The translations under genes and the position numbers were made by a program. The notes under the pieces were generated by a model. It worked only from the letters and a program-made list of their open reading frames with translations, was not told the DNA's origin and did not search any database. Below are positions 11,939-21,496 of a stretch of DNA of 64,000 bases, one piece after another (position 1 is the stretch's first letter; each line of letters begins with the position of its first letter). The DNA is from a plasmid, in the sequence record NZ_CP049261.1; one strand, 5' to 3'.

Positions 11939-12555
11939 ATGAATCTTCTCCTTATCCGTCATGCCGAAACAGAATGGAACCGTGGCGGGCTCATTCAGGG
12001 CATCATGACAGCGCGCTGACGGCGCGTGGCTTGCAGGAAACCACAGCGCTCCTGACTGCTCTGGCGCACGAATTCCCCTCTGTTGACGCGGTGTACACAT
12101 CTCCCGCGGGCCGCGCGCGCCATATGGGTGACGCCATCGCGAGCCATTTTCGCTGCCCACTCTCTGTTGAGCCTCTATTACGTGAGCAGGCGTTTGGTGA
12201 TTACGAAGGCCTGTCGCGGGTGCAGTTGCAGCGAGATGAGCCTCTCAGCGCAGAAGCGCTGTTTTCAACTGATGCGTTATTTACGCCGCCCGGCGGTGAA
12301 TCGCTCGCGTATGCCGCGCAGCGTCTTCTGTCTTTCATCCAGAATGATCTCGCCGCAACCTCACACGCAACCTGCTGCGTCGTGACGCACGGGCATATCC
12401 TTCAGGGCGCGCTGGCGCTCCTCAAAGACGGCAATATCGATAACTTCCCGCGCTATGCGCAGCCTAACGCCAGCTATGCGCGGTTAACGTTTACGGCGGA
12501 CCGCTGCGACGTCATTCAGTGGGGCATCGCGACCCATTTGCGACACCTGTCATAA
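11939..12555 (+). pseudogene. Histidine phosphatase superfamily (phosphoglycerate mutase-like), frame switch near 12000
   Basis: MNLLLIRHAETEWNRGGLIQG (RHGE motif) in ORF 11819..12019 continues as HHDSALTARGLQE… in ORF 11974..12555. Confidence 0.6.
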
Positions 12556-12653
12556 ACGCCGAAAACTTTCGCCGCTCTTAAGTCTTCCTTAAGATTAATC
12601 CTATAACTTCACTCTGGATCCTGCCCCTGTCGGGCCGTACCGGAGCACACTCT

Positions 12654-13421
12654 ATGCAAAACACTACCTCTGCGCTCAGCAAAGTTCCTGCCGTCACCGC
12701 CGCGTTCTGGCTGACGAAAATCGCCGCGACCACGCTGGGTGAAACCGGCGGCGATGCGGTCACGATGTCCATGGATCTCGGTTATCTCACCGGCACGCTC
12801 ATCTTCGCGGCGATCTTCCTCGCAGCGGTGGTCGTGCAGATCCGCCATCACAGCTTTAATAAGTGGATCTACTGGTTCACGGTGGTCGCCACCACGACGG
12901 TCGGCACCACGCTTGCAGATTTCGCCGACCGCTCATTAGGTATCGGTTATCTCGGCGGTACGGTGTTGTTGAGTAGTCTGCTGGTGCTTTCGCTGCTGGT
13001 CTGGCGCGTGACATGCGGCACTATTGCCGTGGATTCGGTTAACAGCGTGCGTACCGAAAGCTTCTACTGGGTGACGATTATGTTCTCCCAGACGCTTGGC
13101 ACGGCGCTCGGCGACTGGACAGCAGACAGTGAAGGCTTCGGTTATGACGGCGGCATCCTGCTGTTCGTGGGCGCACTGGCGGTTATCTGGCTCGCGAGCC
13201 GCTTTACCTCGATTTCGCGCACCGTGCTGTTCTGGGCTGCATTTATCCTCACCCGTCCACTCGGCGCGGTGGTGGGCGATTTCCTCGATAAACCCATCGC
13301 CAAAGGCGGTCTTGAGCTCAGCCGTTACGGCGCATCTGCCACACTGGTAGGAATGATTCTGGTCTGCCTGTGGGTCTTCCCGCATCGCGCAGCGCTGAAA
13401 AAACGCGCACCGGTATTCTGA
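12654..13421 (+). CDS. Polytopic membrane protein with four internal repeats of motif (F/Y)W-x-T…T-x-G-x…D (COG4705-like membrane-anchored protein)
   Basis: Repeats FWLTKIAATTLGETGGD / YWFTVVATTTVGTTLADFAD / YWVTIMFSQTLGTALGDWTAD / FWAAFILTRPLGAVVGDFLD seen in translation. Confidence 0.5.
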   Translation: MQNTTSALSKVPAVTAAFWLTKIAATTLGETGGDAVTMSMDLGYLTGTLIFAAIFLAAVVVQIRHHSFNKWIYWFTVVATTTVGTTLADFADRSLGIGYLGGTVLLSSLLVLSLLVWRVTCGTIAVDSVNSVRTESFYWVTIMFSQTLGTALGDWTADSEGFGYDGGILLFVGALAVIWLASRFTSISRTVLFWAAFILTRPLGAVVGDFLDKPIAKGGLELSRYGASATLVGMILVCLWVFPHRAALKKRAPVF

Positions 13422-13544
13422 GTTCTTCCTTCTTACCCGCGGCACGCGCCGCGGGTTCTCCTCTCTGTTTTTCCTTTCACAACGGTTTTGCCCTCGCTGC
13501 CCTGTGCCGTACACTGTCTCTTAGTACACATGCAGGAAGCTCAA

Positions 13545-14603
13545 ATGACACATTACTGGTGGAAAGATTTACACGATCGTAATGACGCCTGGCTGGGGCT
13601 TGCGCTGACGGTAAAGGGCGAAACGCCCCCAGGCCTGGCGCTGGAGATGCTGAGCGGACATCACGGACGCATGGCGTTGCAGCTGCGCGGCGAAACGCTT
13701 TTCTGGGCTTCGATGCTGAAAGATTATTCCGGCGTCTGGCTCGTCACCAACCGTGAGCATCCCGATCAGCAAAATTTGCTGCCGCCGGTGCGCTCTGAGG
13801 ACATTGAAGCCATCAAACGCAAGGGTGACGGCGCGTGGACGGGCGAGTGGTGCCGCTATTTCGCGCGTCAGCTGATGGATTCTCCCGCGCCGCTGCTGGC
13901 GCCGCGCGACTGGCTGTTGCGCCCGATGCTGCCCGCGAAACGCCAGTCGTCATACCTGCGCAACACCACGCCCGACATCGACCAGTGGTATTTCAAAACG
14001 CCCCCCAGCGCAGGCGACTGGAGTGTGGACTGGGCGCTTTATGGCGAAGATTTTCGCTCGCTCACTGACCCGGAGCACGTCCGGCTGGTGGACTGGTGGT
14101 GGGGCGGCCATCTGCTGATGGGCCGTTATCCGGTTGATCCGCACGCCGGGCGTCTTAAGTGGTGGCGTAAAAAATGCCGCGAGGGCGCGCTGCCGCCGGT
14201 GCTGGTCTGGTATGTCGCCGGGCTGGCGTCTTATATCGTGCTGGACGGCCATTATCGCCTGCACGCCGCGATGGAAGAGGGCATCCCGCCGTCATTCCTG
14301 GTGCTGAGCGAATACGCCGAGCGGGAGTTCCCGGCGGACGAGGCGCAGCGCGAGCGGGTGCAGCGGGCGCTGGCGTTACAGCAGGCGAACAATCCGGGCT
14401 GCAATATTGATGGCATTAATCAGACGTTAATTAATCTGTGGGACCGGCGTTATCTTTACGCCGAAACGCACAGCCGCGCCACGCTCGGCAACGGCGAAGG
14501 CTGGGCGCGTGAGGTTACGGCTTATCTGCGTCGCCACGGGCAGACGACGTATCTGGAGAATGTCCTTAACGGCACGGAAAACCCGGTCGACGACGCCGGG
14601 TGA
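13545..14603 (+). CDS. Hypothetical Trp-rich protein (352 aa) with C-terminal ParB/sulfiredoxin-like motif (…YIVLDGHYRLHAAMEEGIPPSFLVL)
   Basis: RBS aggaag 5 nt before ATG 13545; no recognisable family except the DGH(Y/H)R-x-AA motif typical of ParB/Srx-fold domains. Confidence 0.4.
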   Translation: MTHYWWKDLHDRNDAWLGLALTVKGETPPGLALEMLSGHHGRMALQLRGETLFWASMLKDYSGVWLVTNREHPDQQNLLPPVRSEDIEAIKRKGDGAWTGEWCRYFARQLMDSPAPLLAPRDWLLRPMLPAKRQSSYLRNTTPDIDQWYFKTPPSAGDWSVDWALYGEDFRSLTDPEHVRLVDWWWGGHLLMGRYPVDPHAGRLKWWRKKCREGALPPVLVWYVAGLASYIVLDGHYRLHAAMEEGIPPSFLVLSEYAEREFPADEAQRERVQRALALQQANNPGCNIDGINQTLINLWDRRYLYAETHSRATLGNGEGWAREVTAYLRRHGQTTYLENVLNGTENPVDDAG

Positions 14604-14607
14604 AGGC

Positions 14608-15137
14608 TTACAACGCGCGCCACTCGTCGTGAGCCAGAGTGTACAGCAGGCTCGGCGGCACGTTATCAACATCATGGATCTCACGCACGTAGCGCAATCC
14701 TGCGTGCGTCAGCACTTTGCGAGACGCCAGATGATTGCTGCGCACTACCGCAGAGACTGCCTCAAGCGCCCGATCTTCAAACCCATAGCGAACGGCGAAG
14801 CGGGCGAACTCTGTCGCCAGCCCCTGTCCCACGCCTGCGTCGCAAAACGGTAGCCGAGATTATTAATCTCCGTGTCCGCATAGCGGCGGATGCTCAGCCC
14901 GCCAAAACCGATAGTCTCATCGGGTGCGGTGGTTAACGCGATGCGCCAGTTCCCAAAACCATAAGCCTGCCAGTGCGTCAGCCAGCGATCCATCACACCT
15001 TCCGCGTGCGCGCGGTTGGGGTACGGCCCCGCCGGGTTAAATGTATTGGTCGCCGGATCGCCGTAAATCCGGAATAAATCGTCCACATCTCTCTCTGTGA
15101 CCGGCCGCAGCCGCAGACGCGCCGTCTCTGCAAACAT
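14608..15137 (-). pseudogene. GNAT N-acetyltransferase (RimJ/RimL-like), single frame switch near 14830
   Basis: ORFs 14745..15137 and 14608..14832 together give a GNAT fold (…GFGGLS…, …GQGLATEFARFAVRYGFEDRALEAVSAVVRSNHLASRKVLTHAGLRYV). Confidence 0.55.
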
Positions 15138-15433
15138 AAGTATTTCCTCATAATTGCGTTGCCTCTGTTATAGCGCAGATGCGGGTACAGAACGACTTCC
15201 CCTCCGCCAGGAGCACAAAGCATGACGCCGGAAGGCGATTTGACAGCTGAATAATCCGCGAGTTTGGTTTTACGCAGACGAATTGGCGACGAGGATTAAG
15301 TCTCTGAACGTTCGTTAAAAAATGGTTTATGGTTAAAGCGTTAAGAGAATATATCGGGCTTACACAGTGACGCGCCGCCACCGGCCTCCTGTATTTACGC
15401 GTGTCGCAGGGCGATCACGAAAAAGGAAGAGTA

Positions 15434-16642
15434 ATGAGTGCGGAAGTCACCCTGCCCGTCGGGCAGCAGAACAGGAATATTTTTCGGCTGGCGACGGCCC
15501 AGGCGCTCGCGGGCGCGAACTCGGTGGTGTTTTACGCGACCGGCGCGATTGTCGGCGACGCGATGGCGCCGGATCAGGCGCTGGCGACGCTGCCGCTGAC
15601 GATTTTCGTTGTCGGGATGGCCGCGCTGATCCTGCCTTTTGGCGTGCTTGCCCGCCGTTATGGCCGCCGCGCGGCGTTTATGGCGGGCACCAGTACGGGC
15701 GTGCTGACCGGACTGACGGCGGCTCTGGCCGTGGTGCTCGGCTCCTTCTGGCTCTTTTGCATCGCCGGGTTTATGAGCGGCGCGTATGCCGCCGTCGCGG
15801 TTTCATTTCGCTTTGCGGCCACCGATGGCGTGGCGCGCGAACGGCGAGCAAGGGCGCTGTCGCTGGTGATGGGCGGCGGCGTGGCGGCAGGCATTGTCGG
15901 GCCGATGCTGGTCAACGGCACGATGGATCTCTGGCCGCCCTATACCTTTGCCGCCACATACCTTGCCCAGGCGCTGGTGGCGGCGGTGTCCGCGGTGGTG
16001 CTCTGGGGCGTAAAAGCGCCCGATCCGGTCGCGCCTGAACATCAGGTACGCGGACGACCGCTTCGTGACATCGTGCGCCAGCCGGGCTTCAGCCGCACCG
16101 TATTCAGCGGCGCGGTGGCGTATATGGTGATGAATTTTCTGATGACCGCCACGCCGCTGTCGATGCATATGCATGGCCTTTCACTCCAGGATGCGAACCT
16201 GGGCATTCAGTGGCATGTCATTGCCATGTACGCGCCGGGTTTCTTTACCGGCAAGCTGATTACCCGTTTTGGTGCCACGCGCATCGCCGCACTGGGGCTT
16301 GCGATCTCGGCGCTTTCTGTCGCGGCGGGCCTTGCCGGAACGGCGGTCGGGCACTACTGGCTGTTGCTCATTTTGCTCGGTGTTGGCTGGAATTTCGGTT
16401 TTACCGGCGCGTCGGCGCAAATCCTCGACTATCACCGCCCGGAGGAGAAAACCCGTGTGCAATCGCTGAATGATTTTGTGGTATTTGGCGTGATGATCGT
16501 GGGCTCGTTTTCTTCTGGTGCCCTGCTGACGCTGGTTGGCTGGAACGCCGTGCTGTGGTGCTCGCTGGTGCCGCTGGTCGTCGCCATGATAGCGCTGCTG
16601 GCTGAAAAGCGGCGAGCGGCGGCGTCATTAAACCGTTATTAG
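15434..16642 (+). CDS. MFS transporter (12-TM)
   Basis: RBS aaaggaag before ATG 15434; hydrophobic MFS-like topology, RRYGRR loop motif. Confidence 0.75.
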   Translation: MSAEVTLPVGQQNRNIFRLATAQALAGANSVVFYATGAIVGDAMAPDQALATLPLTIFVVGMAALILPFGVLARRYGRRAAFMAGTSTGVLTGLTAALAVVLGSFWLFCIAGFMSGAYAAVAVSFRFAATDGVARERRARALSLVMGGGVAAGIVGPMLVNGTMDLWPPYTFAATYLAQALVAAVSAVVLWGVKAPDPVAPEHQVRGRPLRDIVRQPGFSRTVFSGAVAYMVMNFLMTATPLSMHMHGLSLQDANLGIQWHVIAMYAPGFFTGKLITRFGATRIAALGLAISALSVAAGLAGTAVGHYWLLLILLGVGWNFGFTGASAQILDYHRPEEKTRVQSLNDFVVFGVMIVGSFSSGALLTLVGWNAVLWCSLVPLVVAMIALLAEKRRAAASLNRY

Positions 16643-16957
16643 CCTATATTGCGCCAGGCGATCGGCGCTGGCGCAATATAACATCACGCGATTTTATTAG
16701 CCCGCGAATAATAAAGCCACAAAATAAAGTGAAACGCCCGAAGCGTAGCGGTAGCGGGTAAGTGCCATAAGCAAATTCTTTACGGGCAGAAATATTGCAA
16801 ACTTACTACTATCGTCAGCTATTTTAAAAGCTTGAGAGATTTTTTGCTGAACCTGCCATATTTCAGAGTCATCTGCAGCGTCGGTTGAATACCTATATCT
16901 ACAGGGATATTCTTTACGCGCATTTTTAATGTGCGTAAAAATTTAATGGAATAATAT

Positions 16958-17896
16958 ATGAATAAGAAACTTATTGTCGTGGCGATGATAGCTGCCTCCG
17001 GCTCGGCGAATGCCGCTTCTTCTGTAACACTGATGCCGGATTTTTCTGCGCAAAGCGTGGCTGTCTCCACATCACTGGGGATGCTGGCAGGGGAGTCGAA
17101 AGAATTTGTATATGACTCCAGTACAGGTCGTAAAATCAGTCAGCTGAACTGGAAAATTAAAAATAATCTCATCCTTAAAGGCGATGTTTCCTGGGATGCA
17201 TGGCCTTTCCTGACCCTGAATGCGCGCGGCTGGACAACCCTGAGTTCTGGTAACGGGCATATGGAAGATTATGACTGGCAAAAAGAAGATCAGTCTCACT
17301 GGACCGACCGTTCGCGCCATCCTGATACCGATCTGAATTATGCCAATGAATATGATTTAAACCTGAAAGGCTGGGTACTGAAAGGGGATGATTATAAAGT
17401 CGGCGTTATGGCCGGTTATCAACAAACCCGTTTCAGCTGGACCGCCTATGGCGGCTCCTTTAACTATGCGAATGGCAATGATGTTGGCAGCTTCCCGAAC
17501 GGTGCCCGCGGTATCGGTTACCAGCAGAAATACAGCATGCCGTATATTGGCCTGACCGGTCAGTATCGTTATCAGGACTTTGAAGTGAACGCGCAGTTTA
17601 AATTCAGCGACTGGGTGACCGCGAAGGATAACGACGAGCATTATATGCGCGATCTGACGTTCCGTGAAAAAGCTAACGACTCCCGTTACTATGGCCTCGC
17701 CGTTGATGCCGGTTATTATGTGCTCCCGAATACGAAACTTTTCGCTGAGTTCAGCTATAACCGCTATGAGGAAGGGAAAAGCGGTACGCAGATGATTAAT
17801 AACGCGACCGGAACGTCTTTTTCGGATAATGGCGATGCCGCCGGCCTGCAAAACAAAAACTATACAATTACCGCAGGTCTTCAGTACCGTTTCTGA
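16958..17896 (+). CDS. Omptin-family outer-membrane aspartyl protease (OmpT/PgtE/Pla-like), signal peptide
   Basis: 312 aa, signal peptide, omptin-like beta-barrel sequence ending …ITAGLQYRF; AT-rich upstream region. Confidence 0.8.
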   Translation: MNKKLIVVAMIAASGSANAASSVTLMPDFSAQSVAVSTSLGMLAGESKEFVYDSSTGRKISQLNWKIKNNLILKGDVSWDAWPFLTLNARGWTTLSSGNGHMEDYDWQKEDQSHWTDRSRHPDTDLNYANEYDLNLKGWVLKGDDYKVGVMAGYQQTRFSWTAYGGSFNYANGNDVGSFPNGARGIGYQQKYSMPYIGLTGQYRYQDFEVNAQFKFSDWVTAKDNDEHYMRDLTFREKANDSRYYGLAVDAGYYVLPNTKLFAEFSYNRYEEGKSGTQMINNATGTSFSDNGDAAGLQNKNYTITAGLQYRF

Positions 17897-17903
17897 TGCC
17901 GTT

Positions 17904-17931
17904 AAAAAACCCGCTGCCGGCGGGTTTTTTT
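17904..17931 (+). terminator. Rho-independent terminator (aaaaaacccgctgccggcgggttttttt)
   Basis: Perfect GC hairpin + T-run after omptin stop. Confidence 0.75.
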
Positions 17932-18144
17932 CACACATAACCTGTACCGATAACCTCGTCAACATTTCTTAATCCCTTTCCTCGTGGCTGTTCCCCGCTA
18001 AAACTGCACGCTTCTGAAGAATATCCTCAATCGATATGTGGATCAGAAAGCGAACTTCCATCATGCTATATTTCGTCAGGCGACTGGCGCTGGCGAAAGG
18101 CGATTTTTCTGCCGACAATACTTATTTCAAAAGGATCCATTGAG

Positions 18145-18687
18145 ATGAAACTGAGCGCGCTGTTTATCGCCTCTCTGCTCATGGCGGGCTATGTCTGTGC
18201 CGGCCAGGCTGTTCCCGTAGCGCTGAAAGATGGCCCGAACACGCTGGATATCAATCAGGATGGCGCGAACGATCTGATTTTCAGCGCCACCTATGACAAT
18301 AATACCTCCCACCCCAGCAGCACGCTGACGGTTTATATTCAGAAAGACCACGCCTGGCTGATTGTTCCGGTGCCGGATGACGATGGCTTTACGTGGAGCG
18401 ATTTTCGGCTGTCCGCCTCAACCACGAAAATCAGCGGCTATGAACCGTATCAGGTTAATCATATTTTTTATCTGGTCCGGGCGGTGAAAATGGCAGAGTC
18501 TTCAGAAAGTACTGATTTAACCGATGCCACGAAAGTGAAGTTCACGCGCTACCGGATAGCCAGTAATACCGCCGATCCGGGCGTCGCGGCCTTTTTCTGG
18601 CAGCCGTCCGGCAGTTACGTGACGGACGCCGCTTACAGCGATGTGGACGAGGCTTTTCGCACACTGAATATGGATAAATTTCTTTGA
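18145..18687 (+). CDS. Hypothetical secreted protein (signal peptide), 180 aa
   Basis: N-terminal MKLSALFIASLLMAGYVCAGQA; no recognisable domain. Confidence 0.45.
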   Translation: MKLSALFIASLLMAGYVCAGQAVPVALKDGPNTLDINQDGANDLIFSATYDNNTSHPSSTLTVYIQKDHAWLIVPVPDDDGFTWSDFRLSASTTKISGYEPYQVNHIFYLVRAVKMAESSESTDLTDATKVKFTRYRIASNTADPGVAAFFWQPSGSYVTDAAYSDVDEAFRTLNMDKFL

Positions 18688-19223
18688 AGCGGCGGGCGGC
18701 GCTGGCCATGCTCCTCATCAGTACGAACAGTATGGCGCAGCAGGCCGCGCCTTATCGTGCGCTGCTACAGCAGGCGCTCAACGCCCGGTCGCTGTGTCTT
18801 GGCGAAACGGCCTGGCCGGTAACAAGCCGCGCGGGCGCTGATGCCTGGCTGCACGCCCGGATGGCAGCGCTGGTGGATGCCGGGCTTGTCTTGAGCAGGC
18901 GCGAAGGCTCTCAAAAAACCTGGGCGCTGACGCCCAAAGGGCGCGCGGAATTTCACCGGCATCACGATTTCTGCTACGGAAAAATGCGCGTCAAAACGCT
19001 GGAGGTTAAGCCGCAGCGCGATGGCATCCATGCGACCTTCACGTATGATATTCCAGCGCTGCCGCAATGGGCTAAGACGCCCGCTCTGCGTATGGCGGAT
19101 TCAGAGCTGGATAATCTCATCAGCGGTATCGATAAGGTGCATTATCAGGCCATTTTTATTCGCGGGGATAATGGCAAACTCCGGCTCGTCCGCGGGCCAG
19201 AACCGCTGGATTTACTTTACTGA
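18684..19223 (+). CDS. Hypothetical secreted protein (signal peptide, TTG start overlapping upstream stop), 179 aa
   Basis: TTGA overlap with previous gene; MKRRAALAMLLISTNSMAQQ signal; no recognisable domain. Confidence 0.4.
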   Translation: MKRRAALAMLLISTNSMAQQAAPYRALLQQALNARSLCLGETAWPVTSRAGADAWLHARMAALVDAGLVLSRREGSQKTWALTPKGRAEFHRHHDFCYGKMRVKTLEVKPQRDGIHATFTYDIPALPQWAKTPALRMADSELDNLISGIDKVHYQAIFIRGDNGKLRLVRGPEPLDLLY

Positions 19224-19255
19224 TCGCATAACACGTACTGCACCCGAGACCCGAC

Positions 19256-19951
19256 ATGACCCGGACACAACGGCTTTTAGAACTGCTCCAGCTTTTGCGA
19301 TCCTACCGTTACCCGGTGACGGCGATGACGCTCGCGGAACGGCTTGATGTCAGCGTGCGCAGTATTTATCGCGATATCGAGACGCTGAAAATGCAGGGTG
19401 TGGATATCGAAGGCAGCGCGGGGATTGGTTATGTCCTGCAATCCGATTACCACCTGCCGCCGCTGATGTTTGATGCGCATGAAGTTGACGCGCTGATACT
19501 CGGCCTGCACTGGGTGATGCGCCATACCGACCCGCAACTGGAAGCCGCGGCCCGTAACGCGGTGGCGAAAATTCACGCCATTCTTCCGGAGAATCTCGCG
19601 CAGCAGATAAATTCCCCGTCGCTGATGGTGGCACCGACCGGCAATGAAGGTAGCCTTCGGTTTCTGACGGATATTCGCAGCGCAATCCATCAGCGCAGAA
19701 AGCTTGAGCTGGTCTATACCGATAAAGACGGCACGGCGTCATCGCGTCTCGTGTGGCCGATTGCGCTGGGTTTTTTTGACGCGGTCAGGGTACTGGCGTG
19801 CTGGTGCGAGCTGCGCCAGGCGTTCCGCCATTTTCGTATCGACCGGATGCAACAGGTGGCCATTAGCGAGCAGTTGTGTCCGCAATCGCGCTATAAATTG
19901 CTGAAAGAGTGGAAGAGCGCGGAAGGGATTGCGCAGGCAAAAACCTACTGA
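19256..19951 (+). CDS. YafY-family transcriptional regulator (HTH + WYL domain)
   Basis: N-terminal MTRTQRLLELLQLLRSYRYPVTAMTLAERLDVSVRSIYRDIETL HTH; C-terminal WYL-like region. Confidence 0.7.
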   Translation: MTRTQRLLELLQLLRSYRYPVTAMTLAERLDVSVRSIYRDIETLKMQGVDIEGSAGIGYVLQSDYHLPPLMFDAHEVDALILGLHWVMRHTDPQLEAAARNAVAKIHAILPENLAQQINSPSLMVAPTGNEGSLRFLTDIRSAIHQRRKLELVYTDKDGTASSRLVWPIALGFFDAVRVLACWCELRQAFRHFRIDRMQQVAISEQLCPQSRYKLLKEWKSAEGIAQAKTY

Positions 19952-20007
19952 CAAAAACTGTCACACCCCGCTGTTACTGTCATGGCTCACTACACAAGGA
20001 GAGCCAA

Positions 20008-20391
20008 ATGATCACTGCCGATATGTCTATTCTCTATGTTGAGAACGTCCTTAAGAGCGCTGACTTTTATTCCACGCTGCTCGGCCGCGAGCCGGTTGAG
20101 AAACAACCTACGTTCGCGTTATTCGTGCTGGAGAACGGTTTTAAGCTGGGGCTGTGGTCATGCTATACGGTTGAGCCGGTCGTGAATCAGCGTGCGCCGG
20201 TGCCATCGGGTGAAATCGTCTTTAAGGTGCAGGCGCGGGACGAGGTCGAACATTTTTATACGCTGTGGTGCATGGAGCGTCACGCGACGGTGATCCAGAG
20301 CCCGGTCGAGCTTGATTTCGGTTACACCTTCGCGGCGATGGACCCGGACGGCCACCGTTTGCGCGTCTGTTATCTCAATCCGGAAATGTGA
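20008..20391 (+). CDS. VOC/glyoxalase-bleomycin resistance family protein
   Basis: RBS aaggagag; small VOC-like fold; common neighbour of yafY. Confidence 0.6.
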   Translation: MITADMSILYVENVLKSADFYSTLLGREPVEKQPTFALFVLENGFKLGLWSCYTVEPVVNQRAPVPSGEIVFKVQARDEVEHFYTLWCMERHATVIQSPVELDFGYTFAAMDPDGHRLRVCYLNPEM

Positions 20392-20444
20392 CCAGCAGTG
20401 AGGAAAACTGGTCAGCGCCAGTTTTCCTGCATTCACGCCCCTAG

Positions 20445-21335
20445 TCAGAAAAAAGTTCTGCCGAGCGGGATAATATCGCACCACTGTTTTTTATAGCTCC
20501 AGAACGCTTTATAGATCCCGAGCGAAAAACGCATCGTCTTATTTTCTCTGGCGCATAGTGCACGGGCGTTGCTTGTATTCAGCCATAACAAAATGCTGCC
20601 CAGATTGAGGGTGGTGTACTGCGGATCGTAGCCGCCATTGATATCATCGAAATAGATCCACTCAGGGTTGTTGCACATAAAAATAATATCGAACGCGCAG
20701 GGCCTGTCATGCAGAAACAGTATGCTGCCAAAAATCAGGTGCCGCAGCGCATCAAAGGTGCGCACCAGATCTTCATATTTAAAGCAGTAAATTTTTCCCT
20801 GCCAGCGCAGGGTGAAAAGCTCGATATATATCGCGGCTAACTCTTCTGAGGAAAAATGGCTCGCGTCACGCACCACACCACCCATGGCGCAGAATTTCTC
20901 AAACTCCTTGCGGCGCTTTTTCTCCGACGTTTTCGAGATGCTCTCTTTGATATACGCAACCTTATGCTTAAGTCGCCCGGAGAAAAGCGCATTCACAAAC
21001 GCGCCTTTATGGTGGGGTGAAAGGCGTTTATTGGTGACCGGCAGATAGCCGCGTTTATTGGCGCGCAGGGGGAATAACACATCATCAAAGACAACAGGAT
21101 AATGCCGGTTCTGCAGGCTGCACTTTCCATTGACGGAAAAGCAGGCACCTGTATCTTCATTACCATCTCTGAGCGCGAAATAACGGAGCGTCAGATTTTG
21201 CTCACGACTTAAGAAATGCAGCACATCAGGATGACAGCAAATCGAACCGCCGAACTGATGGTATATCCGCGCGTAATGGGCCGCGTCACAGGGTTGCCAG
21301 CCTGTCAGGTTTCCGATGACGTTTTTGAACTGCAT
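20445..21335 (-). CDS. Mig-14-like antimicrobial-peptide resistance family protein (296 aa)
   Basis: Recalled similarity to Salmonella Mig-14 (…YHQFGGSICCHPDVLHFLS…); not verified. Confidence 0.4.
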   Translation of the reverse strand: MQFKNVIGNLTGWQPCDAAHYARIYHQFGGSICCHPDVLHFLSREQNLTLRYFALRDGNEDTGACFSVNGKCSLQNRHYPVVFDDVLFPLRANKRGYLPVTNKRLSPHHKGAFVNALFSGRLKHKVAYIKESISKTSEKKRRKEFEKFCAMGGVVRDASHFSSEELAAIYIELFTLRWQGKIYCFKYEDLVRTFDALRHLIFGSILFLHDRPCAFDIIFMCNNPEWIYFDDINGGYDPQYTTLNLGSILLWLNTSNARALCARENKTMRFSLGIYKAFWSYKKQWCDIIPLGRTFF

Positions 21336-21496
21336 AGTGCTGCACCTGTATAAAATTGCTGTGAAAATGCGTTAAACGTGACTTTAAATAGACAGTCAGG
21401 CAGAAAATATCCGCCATTGTCCTCTCGCCAGGTTAAGAGAACATTAAGCACACGCGCAGCGTCACCTTTGTCTGGTGTGTGGTTGTGCACGCGCCC

